32,000 nt of DNA from NCBI RefSeq assembly GCF_060472895.1, contig NZ_CM192139.1; one strand, 5' to 3'. The position numbers were made by a program, and so were the translations under genes. The stretch's first letter is position 1. Each line of letters begins with the position of its first letter. Below, one piece after another: positions 11,435 to 18,933 of this stretch. Under the pieces are notes generated by a model. The model was given only the letters and a program-made list of their open reading frames with translations, had not been told where the DNA came from and ran no database searches.

Positions 11435-11469
11435 GAGAAGCCATATATAATAAATATGGCTTCTCTTTT
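11435..11469 (+). terminator. Rho-independent terminator after the DhuI-like gene
   Basis: gagaagccatat-ataataa-atatggcttctc followed by tttta, a perfect stem right after the stop codon. Confidence 0.85.
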
Positions 11470-11743
11470 ATCTTCACAATTTATCTCAAATGTCGATATT
11501 ACATAATCTGAGTATAAGTTTACTGTTGTAATGGAAATTAAACGTTTCAGCAGACCTCTCTTTTACCAAACAATATAGTTTTACCAGAGGTATACTAATT
11601 AGAACCTCTACGACTTCATTAAATTCACTCAAGTTATTTGATTTTTCTATTATTTCTATAGCGTCAACTGATAATACTAATCCTGAACAATACTGCAGCC
11701 CCCCCTTGATCCCTCGATTCGTTGCTACATCCACTGTTCTACT

Positions 11744-11941
11744 TCACTTCCACTGCTCCACTTCACTTTTGTACCAGCGGCTGCTGCGCCCCAGTTTGAT
11801 GGGTTTAGGGAAATGGCCTTCACTGATCAACTTGTAAAACCATTTGTCAGTCATACCGGTGAAACTGGTGATAAAGTTCATGTCGATCAGGGAATTATCG
11901 GCACGCAGAAATACGCTGTCGTGGCTTGTTGTAGTCAACAC
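11744..11941 (-). CDS. AlpA-family transcriptional regulator, possibly C-terminally shortened
   Basis: SFTGMTDKWFYKLISEGHFPKPIKLGRSSRWYKSEVEQW, the conserved AlpA helix-turn-helix. Confidence 0.85.
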   Translation of the reverse strand: MLTTTSHDSVFLRADNSLIDMNFITSFTGMTDKWFYKLISEGHFPKPIKLGRSSRWYKSEVEQWK

Positions 11942-12008
11942 GGTCAGAATGTCCCCTGTGAGATTTATGAAGATTGTGCGAATGCGGGGAATCTGCTGAG
12001 CTGTGCTT

Positions 12009-12224
12009 TCAGAACTGGCCTGTTACGGGATACCAGGGATTACCGGCGAGGTAACGGGCTTCCGGATCATACACACCTCGATGATCGCGGACAAAATCAC
12101 TGAACGCCCATATCACTTCTTTAAGTATGTCTTCGCAGTCCGGTAAATGACGATCCAGCGCCACATCCCGGGTGGTACTGCTTTGATGCGCCCGGTGACA
12201 CAAAGCCCGGATTATTCCAGACAT
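12009..12224 (-). CDS. Small hypothetical protein associated with prophage-like islands
   Basis: 71-aa ORF (MSGIIRALCHRAHQSSTTRDVALDRHLPDCEDILKEVIW...) upstream of the AlpA-like ORF. No confident family. Confidence 0.35.
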   Translation of the reverse strand: MSGIIRALCHRAHQSSTTRDVALDRHLPDCEDILKEVIWAFSDFVRDHRGVYDPEARYLAGNPWYPVTGQF

Positions 12225-12378
12225 CCTGAATCAAACGCCCCAGATTAGGGGCGTCGAAATATGCCTCTCTGACCATTATATTCCGGCGTACAGGTAGCAG
12301 GTCAGAAGTGACAATGCGTCACCTGACGTTAAAAGTCACTACACCCAAGATGACGTTCAATGGCACCATGTGATTCAA

Positions 12379-12757
12379 TAGTTCATTTTCCATCGTTTTT
12401 TTGCCGAGCAGGCGCTGGAGTTCTTTAATCTGCTTCATGGCGGCAGCAAGTTCAGAGGCAGGAACGACCTGTTCTCCGGCAGCCACAGCAGTAAGACTTC
12501 CCTCCTGGTATTGCTTACGCCAGAGAAATAGCTGGCTGGCTGCCACACCATGTTGCCGGGCAACAAGGGAGACCGTCATTCCCGGTTCAAAGCTCTGCTG
12601 AACGATAGCGATCTTTTCCTGTGTAGTACACCGTCTGCGTTTCTCCGGCCCTAAGACATCAATCATCTGTTCTCCAATGACTAGTCTAAAAACTAGTATT
12701 AAGACTATCACTTATTTAAGTGATATTGGTTGTCTGGAGGTTCAGGGGGCCAGTCTA
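12379..12757 (-). mobile_element. IS2 left-end fragment with truncated OrfA
   Basis: ttaagtgatattggttgtctggaggttcagggggccagtcta terminus ending at 12757. The OrfA sequence [56 protein letters not shown]...KKTMENELL then diverges. Confidence 0.93.
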
Positions 12758-12778
12758 TTAATACCCTGCCCTGGTATT
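12758..12778. repeat. Inverted repeat adjoining the IS2 end
   Basis: taatacc-ctgccct-ggtatta. Confidence 0.45.
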
Positions 12779-13035
12779 AATTTAAATTGTAATAATTTAA
12801 TTTCAGGATGTGTGGCTGCAGCCCGATACAGAGTTGCAAGGACACACTTTTGCCAGAGGGCGTTACAGGAAAGCTTAATGTTTGATTCTGTATACATAAT
12901 AAATCACCTTATAGTTAAAATAGATCAAAAACCGCTGTAACCAAAGTTACGCTGGCCTGCAGCTTTAGTATCGAGCTTCGGGTGATGCTGCCAACTTACT
13001 GATTTAGTGTATGATGGTGTTTTTGAGGTGCTCCA

Positions 13036-13311
13036 GTGGCTTCTGTTTCTATCAGCTGTCCCTCCTGTTCAGCTACTGACGGGGTGGTGCGTAACGGCAA
13101 AAGCACCGCCGGACATCAGCGCTATCTCTGCTCTCACTGCCGTAAAACATGGCAACTGCAGTTCACTTACACCGCTTCTCAACCCGGTACGCACCAGAAA
13201 ATCATTGATATGGCCATGAATGGCGTTGGATGCCGGGCAACTGCCCGCATTATGGGCGTTGGCCTCAACACGATTTTACGTCACTTAAAAAACTCAGGCC
13301 GCAGTCGGTAA
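13036..13311 (+). CDS. insA: IS1 protein InsA
   Basis: 91-aa InsA. Confidence 0.97.
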
Positions 13312-13733
13312 CCTCGCGCATACAGCCGGGCAGTGACGTCATCGTCTGCGCGGAAATGGACGAACAGTGGGGCTATGTCGGGGCTAAATCGCGCCAGCGC
13401 TGGCTGTTTTACGCGTATGACAGTCTCCGGAAGACGGTTGTTGCGCACGTATTCGGTGAGCGCACTATGGCGACGCTGGGGCGTCTTATGAGCCTGCTGT
13501 CACCCTTTGACGTGGTGATATGGATGACGGATGGCTGGCCGCTGTATGAATCCCGCCTGAAGGGAAAGCTGCACGTAATCAGCAAGCGATATACGCAGCG
13601 AATTGAGCGGCATAACCTGAATCTGAGGCAGCACCTGGCACGGCTGGGACGGAAGTCGCTGTCGTTCTCAAAATCGGTGGAGCTGCATGACAAAGTCATC
13701 GGGCATTATCTGAACATAAAACACTATCAATAA
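13230..13733 (+). CDS. insB: IS1 transposase InsB reading frame
   Basis: [79 protein letters not shown].... Confidence 0.95.
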
Positions 13734-13750
13734 GTTGGAGTCATTACCGC

Positions 13751-13966
13751 ATAAATGAACGCATCAAAACCGATACCAGTTTATGCCTGCCTCAGGATAT
13801 CAGTGATACATCGCTAAACCGTTATCGTCACGCTGTGACGCGCATTGTCAACAACGAAATCGACACATTACTGATGGAACAGAAGAAAAAAAATAAAAGA
13901 TTCCCCTACAGCAAAGATCGACATGCGATCCAACCTTTATGGAGCAAATGTTTGATCGAGCAATAG
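13751..13966 (+). pseudogene. C-terminal fragment of an unidentified gene, 5' end removed at the IS1 boundary
   Basis: Open frame with no start codon: INERIKTDTSLCLPQDISDTSLNRYRHAVTRIVNNEIDTLLMEQKKKNKRFPYSKDRHAIQPLWSKCLIEQ*. Not in the ORF track. Confidence 0.45.
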
Positions 13967-13974
13967 AGTACTGA

Positions 13975-13999
13975 GGGGATAACCGTTCTGTTATCCCCT
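13975..13999. terminator. Intergenic hairpin between converging reading frames, possible bidirectional terminator
   Basis: ggggataac-cgttctg-ttatcccc, a strong stem just beyond both the 13966 and 14059 stop codons. Weak U-tracts. Confidence 0.5.
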
Positions 14000-14058
14000 G
14001 TTTATTCTGCCAACTCTCAGGTCTGTCAGAGTTCCAAGAACACGATGCGGCTGGCAAA

Positions 14059-14655
14059 TTATGCGGCTTTTCCATTAACAGATTCGGCCACAAGAACAAC
14101 ACCGTGTTTGTTTCGATCAGGATGTTCACTCCAGATTTCTGATTCAGGAATACTTTCCCCATCATAGCAGATCCGATCACCATCAAACGGATAATACCGT
14201 GCGGAATCTGTATCTAAGATAAACACCTTAAGATTCGTTGAACGACGCGCTATATGCTGCCAGAGGGCTTTACCTCCTTCATATTGCTCGTTATCACTTA
14301 ATAGTATAACGCCTGCTTTTGTGGCTATTGTTTCATAAACAAACGTAGCAAGGCTAACATCACGTACAGCACCATCGACAACAATCCCTTCAATCTGAGC
14401 AACGTCCTGTTCTTCCCAGAATTTCCGGACAAACACCCCTTCAAGCTGTGAACGACGCTGAAGCTCCAGAGTGGCAACAACCTTATGGCGAATATCACCA
14501 TCAATAACAGAAGGTGCAGCTTCGATTACCGCAGCGAACGGAGTCTTTGGATCCCAGATGATCTGGTAAAGCACACCCTGAATAGTTACTCCATCCAGTA
14601 TCGAAAAACGACGAGCTACAGTAGCAGGGGAGTAAGACATTGGAATGACAGCCAT
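14059..14655 (-). CDS. Hypothetical protein, 198 aa, accessory-island cargo
   Basis: Single ORF with plausible composition and a following hairpin. No family I can name with confidence. Confidence 0.7.
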   Translation of the reverse strand: MAVIPMSYSPATVARRFSILDGVTIQGVLYQIIWDPKTPFAAVIEAAPSVIDGDIRHKVVATLELQRRSQLEGVFVRKFWEEQDVAQIEGIVVDGAVRDVSLATFVYETIATKAGVILLSDNEQYEGGKALWQHIARRSTNLKVFILDTDSARYYPFDGDRICYDGESIPESEIWSEHPDRNKHGVVLVAESVNGKAA

Positions 14656-14962
14656 TTTATGGCCTAAAATTTGAAAACATCAGTATCAATACTGACCTCA
14701 TCAGTCTGAGCATATATTGATAAAGTTTTTATGTTTACACTCAATAAATACCTTACCAAACAACTAATAGCGATGTCTACATTGCCATTCGACATGCTTA
14801 CAATTTTTGTCAACAAGAAAGTGAATTTATATCAACGGTAAGAAGTAAACACGAGGACACCAAAACCAAATGTACACACTTTTGTGCTTTGTGTCCCCTG
14901 TGTGTACCCAAATGACAAACTGCAAGAAAATCTAGGCACACACTTATCTAACTTATTGATTT

Positions 14963-14983
14963 AAATGGTGCGATAATAGGAAC
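14963..14983 (+). repeat. Putative att-like direct repeat (left end of the integrase module)
   Basis: aaatggtgcgataataggaac resembles the tRNA-Thr 3' end repeat at 18777 (aatggtgccgataatagga) with a single-nucleotide gap. Confidence 0.55.
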
Positions 14984-15043
14984 AATACACATAGGCGATA
15001 AGCTTTGTTTTTGTTGCCTTTTTTATTGTTCATTTTTTATAGA

Positions 15044-15063
15044 TACCCCCAAAAGTACCCCCA
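15044..15063 (+). repeat. 20-bp direct repeat, copy 1, candidate integrase arm-type site
   Basis: tacccccaaaagtaccccca, 19/20 identical to 18646..18665. Confidence 0.75.
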
Positions 15064-15182
15064 TATCTTTTTCCGCCCCTGAAATTTGGTTGTTATTCAT
15101 ACAGCATATCAGGCGGTAACGCTCTCCCTTTAACCCACTTATTGTATGATAGTGCTATCCCACAATAAGGAATCAGCCAGCC

Positions 15183-15542
15183 ATGAGAATGACCAGTCGC
15201 AAAAAAGAGATACTTAGCTACTTTGAACCGGATAACCTCGAATGGGTGACTGGTGAGATTGGTGCGCCGCCGTTCGATGTGTCGGGTGTGGCCTACCTGC
15301 TTCATGGCATGGTGTCGTTCGATAAGCGTCACCAGCTCGAATCAACCCGGCGCACACTGGAAAGCATGGTTGCTGGTGGACTGCTTGAGCGGGTGACAGT
15401 GTATGAATCGCGCCAGATACGGCGCGGCGGTGATACTAACGCAACGGTCGTGCGCTACGGTTTACCCGGTCAGTGCGCTGTTATGCGCGATACTGGCGGC
15501 GCTGACAACGCAATATCAGGTGAATACATGCGGGTCAGTTAA
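15183..15542 (+). CDS. Hypothetical island protein, 119 aa
   Basis: MRMTSRKKEILSYFEPDNLEWVTGEIGAPPFDVSGVAYLLHGMVSFDKRHQLESTRRTLESMVAGGLLERVTVYESRQ..., a winged-helix-like composition. ORF and context. Confidence 0.6.
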   Translation: MRMTSRKKEILSYFEPDNLEWVTGEIGAPPFDVSGVAYLLHGMVSFDKRHQLESTRRTLESMVAGGLLERVTVYESRQIRRGGDTNATVVRYGLPGQCAVMRDTGGADNAISGEYMRVS

Positions 15543-16077
15543 TAGCCTGCAATCTGTCGTTGATGCGGCTCAGGTCGTAAACCCGGCGTTCAATATCCAG
15601 CATCAGGAAATTGTGGATCTCGGCCTGCTCAGGATTATCAGACTCTCTGGCCTGTAATAGCAATTCATTGTAACCATGCAAGCCGCCTGAGTTTTCCGCC
15701 GGGGTGGTGCCTTTCCCACGCAGGCAGCTAATGGGCTGATTACTCGTATCGTGTGTTTGCTTCTCCAGCACAATGACGCAATCCCACCAGTCGCCAAAGT
15801 CATACGTGTAAACCAGCTTGTCACCCTCATTCTGGAGCGCCGCCCATAGTGGCGTGATTGCCGCGTTACCCATGCTTTCATCCTCACCCCATACGCGATA
15901 CTCGCTACCTGGATCACCTTTACGCCCTTTCTCGAACATATACAGGTGTTCGTCATTCCAGCCAAAAGCTAACTGGATCACGGCATGAAGTTTACTAAAG
16001 GGGATTTGCTCTGGAACCAGCACACGCCGCCATATAGGTGGTTTGCTGTCTCGGATGGTTATCTTTAGCTGGTACAT
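15535..16077 (-). CDS. Plasmid pRiA4b ORF-3 family protein
   Basis: YQLKITIRDSKPPIWRRVLVPEQIPFSKLHAVIQLAFGWNDEHLYMFE...YTYDFGDWWDCVIVLE, the diagnostic pRiA4b ORF-3 signature. Confidence 0.88.
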   Translation of the reverse strand: MYQLKITIRDSKPPIWRRVLVPEQIPFSKLHAVIQLAFGWNDEHLYMFEKGRKGDPGSEYRVWGEDESMGNAAITPLWAALQNEGDKLVYTYDFGDWWDCVIVLEKQTHDTSNQPISCLRGKGTTPAENSGGLHGYNELLLQARESDNPEQAEIHNFLMLDIERRVYDLSRINDRLQAIN

Positions 16078-16197
16078 GCAAATCCTGAATAAATGCGAAT
16101 CGGAAGGATAACGATACTGACGTACTCACAATTCTGTAAAGGTGAATAAAGGAAATTTGCTTAATACGCATAAGTTACATGTGGAATAATCCCATAT

Positions 16198-16383
16198 CTA
16201 CCTGCGCGGCGCTGGCTTCTTCCACTGGTAGGCAGGTGCTCGCATCATTTCGCGGAACCTGTCGCGCCGGGCTATATCGGCATTAACTGATCGTTCTATC
16301 TCCCGTTGATCTGCCTGTGTAAGCTGGTGGCCTCCGTGCTCAAGTTTGGCGATGGTCAATAAGGCTATTTCGCGTGGTGTCAT
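16198..16383 (-). CDS. Hypothetical protein, 61 aa
   Basis: MTPREIALLTIAKLEHGGHQLTQADQREIERSVNADIARRDRFREMMRAPAYQWKKPAPRR. Colinear with the module. Confidence 0.5.
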   Translation of the reverse strand: MTPREIALLTIAKLEHGGHQLTQADQREIERSVNADIARRDRFREMMRAPAYQWKKPAPRR

Positions 16384-16419
16384 ACGTCATACCCTCTGGA
16401 AGGATGAAACACGCCCGGA

Positions 16420-16767
16420 TTAAATTTCATTTTTCGCGGGTATAAAAAAACGATGGGGCGGGCAGTCCCGGATAGTCAGGGCTGTAGAGATTTGACTACC
16501 ATCAGGATTCTTTTCGTCGATACGCTCCAGAGTGATTCCAAGCTGGCGTTCTAACTCTGTTGCATAGTTACGACCAGAAGACAGACGGCAGTAGCGAAGA
16601 ATGTCATTTTCTGTCCATCCCTCTATACCAGTACGCAGCATATAGACTCTGGCACGATGCTTTTTCGGTGTGCGCTTTGGTGCTTGAAGGGATTTTGTAA
16701 GGGGCGTAACATCAGATACACGAATATCTGAATTAGCCGCCTGTAATGGGCGGTTTTTCTTTTCCAT
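16420..16767 (-). CDS. Hypothetical protein, 115 aa, immediately downstream of the AlpA gene
   Basis: Start codon overlaps the AlpA stop region at 16767. A clear ORF translationally coupled with alpA. Confidence 0.6.
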   Translation of the reverse strand: MEKKNRPLQAANSDIRVSDVTPLTKSLQAPKRTPKKHRARVYMLRTGIEGWTENDILRYCRLSSGRNYATELERQLGITLERIDEKNPDGSQISTALTIRDCPPHRFFIPAKNEI

Positions 16768-16970
16768 CAGGCCACCTCGTCTCTAGATTCTAATATACAC
16801 TTCTCAATCCATTCATCTATTTCAGACTCAACAAAAGCAATTGCCCGACTTCCAATTTTTACCTGTTTAGGGAACCTCCCCTGACTAATAAGACGATAAA
16901 TCCATGCCTTGCTATAACCAGTTCGCCTTTGAACTTCAGAGAGACGAATTAATGAATTGTAATTAGCCAT
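16767..16970 (-). CDS. AlpA-family regulator/excisionase-like protein
   Basis: MANYNSLIRLSEVQRRTGYSKAWIYRLISQGRFPKQVKIGSRAIAFVESEIDEWIEKCI, a canonical AlpA HTH. Confidence 0.93.
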   Translation of the reverse strand: MANYNSLIRLSEVQRRTGYSKAWIYRLISQGRFPKQVKIGSRAIAFVESEIDEWIEKCILESRDEVA

Positions 16971-17398
16971 TTATTAATATCCTGTACTAATGACGCAATA
17001 ACTCCCTCCTGCAACGAATGGCGAGAGTTTTATTTGCGTCAAATGTCGAATACGCCAAAGACCACAATATGAAAAACATATTGCGGTCTTTTATAAAAGA
17101 TAGTCAGATTGTTTTGGTTTGTTTGCTCCACAAGGGTAGAGCTACCCTGCATTTCGGCAGGATCACGCTATTAGGCGTGACATCCAGTAGTTTTAAAGAA
17201 CAATTGCGCTTTGTCAGCGCCAAAGCCTGTTAAAGAACATTCCGCTTTGTCAGCGACGTAGAAGGCTCAATACACCTTCGTTTATAAAAGAGCGATTGCC
17301 CTTCTCCAGGGCTAACTGTTAAATAGCAATCCTCTGTGAGTTTTTATCAATCTACTCCCCTATACTTTAGTAAACCTCTGTATACTTGTCCAGTTGTT

Positions 17399-18613
17399 TC
17401 ATGCGTGTTTTTCAAACACCATATGCACCACATTTCCGCCATGCTCGAGAGAATCCATATAGTCGGCATACCATTGAAGCATCTCCCGCCTTCCATCCAG
17501 ATATTGCGCATGGTTGTATGTGCCACGAATTGAGTTCTTATCAACGTGAGCGAGCTGCGTTTCTATCCACGCGGTGTTATAGCCCTGCTCATGCAAAATC
17601 GTACTCATAGTGTGCCGGAACCCATGACCAGTTACACGTCCAGCGTAGCCAATGCGCTTAAACACTTGGTTTATGCTGGCCTCGCTCATTGTTTTCCTTG
17701 GATCATTGCGCCCGGGAAACATAAGAGGGTAATTGCCTGTTATTTCTCTAATCTTCCCAATAAGCGAAAGAGCCTGCTCAGACAATGGCACAATATGAGT
17801 CCGCCGCATTTTCATACGTGAAGCGGGTATCTCCCAGATAGCCTTGTTGAAATCAATTTCATCCCATAATGCGCCACGTAGTTCGCCAGTCCGCAAGCCG
17901 GTGATAATCAGTAGACGAGCCGCCATAACAACCAATGCGCTTCCTGAGTAACTGGACAATGCCTTGAAAAAATCAGGTAATTCTTTGGCTGTAAGGAAAG
18001 GGTAATGATTAGATTCATGGCCTTGCATCGCGCTAGTAAGGTCTGGTGCAGGGTTATACTCTGCGCGACCAGTGACTATTGCATAGCGGAAAACTTCCCC
18101 GCACCGTTGCCTCACTTTTTTGGCTTTTTCTGTAGCACCGCGCCCCTCGATGCGACGCAGCACATTCAGAAGTTCAAGTGGTTTGATTTCGGCGATGGGT
18201 TTTTTGCCAATGTAAGGGAACACATCTTTGTTGAAGGCTTCGAGGATGTCTGAAGCATAACCAGCAGACCATTTTTTTAATTTGCTGCTGTGCCACTCAA
18301 GGGCAATATCTTTGAAGGTGTTGTTTAACTGCGTTTCCCGGGCAATCTTTTCCTCTCGTTTCGCTTCCATCGGATCGATACCACCAGCGATACCTCTTTT
18401 CGCATCTTCACGTTTTGCCCTAGCATCGGCTAGAGTAACCTCAGGATAAACACCTAGTGCCAATAGCTTCTCTTTACCAGCTACACGATATTTAAGTCGC
18501 CAGTATTTACCTCCATTAGGTTTTACCAAGAGATACAAACCGCCACCATCGGCCAGCTTGTAAGCCTTCTCTTTTGGCTTGGCTGTGTCTATTTGACGGG
18601 CATTGAGTTTCAC
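17399..18613 (-). CDS. P4-type site-specific tyrosine recombinase (integrase)
   Basis: 404 aa with a DUF4102 N-terminus (MKLNARQIDTAKPKEKAYKLADGGGLYLLVKPNGGKYW), TGLRTGELRG, HGFRHTMST and the HNYAQYLDGRREML tail. Confidence 0.97.
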   Translation of the reverse strand: MKLNARQIDTAKPKEKAYKLADGGGLYLLVKPNGGKYWRLKYRVAGKEKLLALGVYPEVTLADARAKREDAKRGIAGGIDPMEAKREEKIARETQLNNTFKDIALEWHSSKLKKWSAGYASDILEAFNKDVFPYIGKKPIAEIKPLELLNVLRRIEGRGATEKAKKVRQRCGEVFRYAIVTGRAEYNPAPDLTSAMQGHESNHYPFLTAKELPDFFKALSSYSGSALVVMAARLLIITGLRTGELRGALWDEIDFNKAIWEIPASRMKMRRTHIVPLSEQALSLIGKIREITGNYPLMFPGRNDPRKTMSEASINQVFKRIGYAGRVTGHGFRHTMSTILHEQGYNTAWIETQLAHVDKNSIRGTYNHAQYLDGRREMLQWYADYMDSLEHGGNVVHMVFEKHA

Positions 18614-18645
18614 TTGGGGGTACCTCCACTAAACCGAACAGCAAA

Positions 18646-18665
18646 TACCCCCATAAGTACCCCCA
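18646..18665 (+). repeat. 20-bp direct repeat, copy 2, candidate integrase arm-type site
   Basis: tacccccataagtaccccca. Confidence 0.75.
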
Positions 18666-18685
18666 TCTGACCGTAGATTTTGAGG

Positions 18686-18698
18686 GACTTTAGTAGAC
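18686..18698 (+). repeat. 13-bp direct repeat, copy 1
   Basis: gactttagtagac, repeated at 18749..18761 between the integrase gene and the tRNA fragment. Confidence 0.75.
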
Positions 18699-18748
18699 GT
18701 CAAAAGACGAACTGGGCTTTAATACGCGGATTATAAGGGGTTTTGAAA

Positions 18749-18761
18749 GACTTTAGTAGAC
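18749..18761 (+). repeat. 13-bp direct repeat, copy 2
   Basis: gactttagtagac. Confidence 0.75.
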
Positions 18762-18778
18762 TTGGGGAGATGTTTGAA

Positions 18779-18828
18779 TGGTGCCGATAATAGGAGTCGA
18801 ACCTAAGACCTTCGCATTACGAATGCGA
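18779..18828 (-). other. att site: 3'-terminal fragment of tRNA-Thr (thrW-type)
   Basis: tggtgccgataataggagtcgaacctaagaccttcgcattacgaatgcg is the reverse complement of the 3' half of thrW (CGCATTCGTAATGCGAAGGTC..AGGTTCGACTCCTATTATCGGCACCA) with one mismatch. The 5' half of the tRNA is absent. Confidence 0.88.
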
Positions 18829-18933
18829 TGTTAATGCATTTTTAACTACTTGAGCAATCAATCAAAATAACATACTTTATATTATAAAACACCAAGTTAT
18901 AGCAATAAACCCGTTGATTGAAATTAACAAAAG

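Larger units (their letters stand above)
12981..13748 (+). mobile_element. IS1, complete 768 bp, no obvious target duplication
   Basis: ggtgatgctgcc at 12981 to tcattacc at 13748, exactly 768 bp. Flanks cgagcttcg and gcataaatg do not match. Confidence 0.97.

Noticed and set aside
11486-11734. 82-aa minus-strand ORF downstream of the dhuI-like gene
   Set aside because: No domain, weak start context, AT-rich. It could be real but there is no support beyond being open.
15603-15965. 120-aa minus-strand ORF overlapping the pRiA4b ORF-3 gene
   Set aside because: Alternate frame of the recognised family member, with low-complexity arginine/serine-rich translation.
18779-18828. Functional tRNA-Thr gene
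   Set aside because: Only the 3' half is present. The sequence diverges after gaatgcg and lacks the D-arm and acceptor 5' strand.
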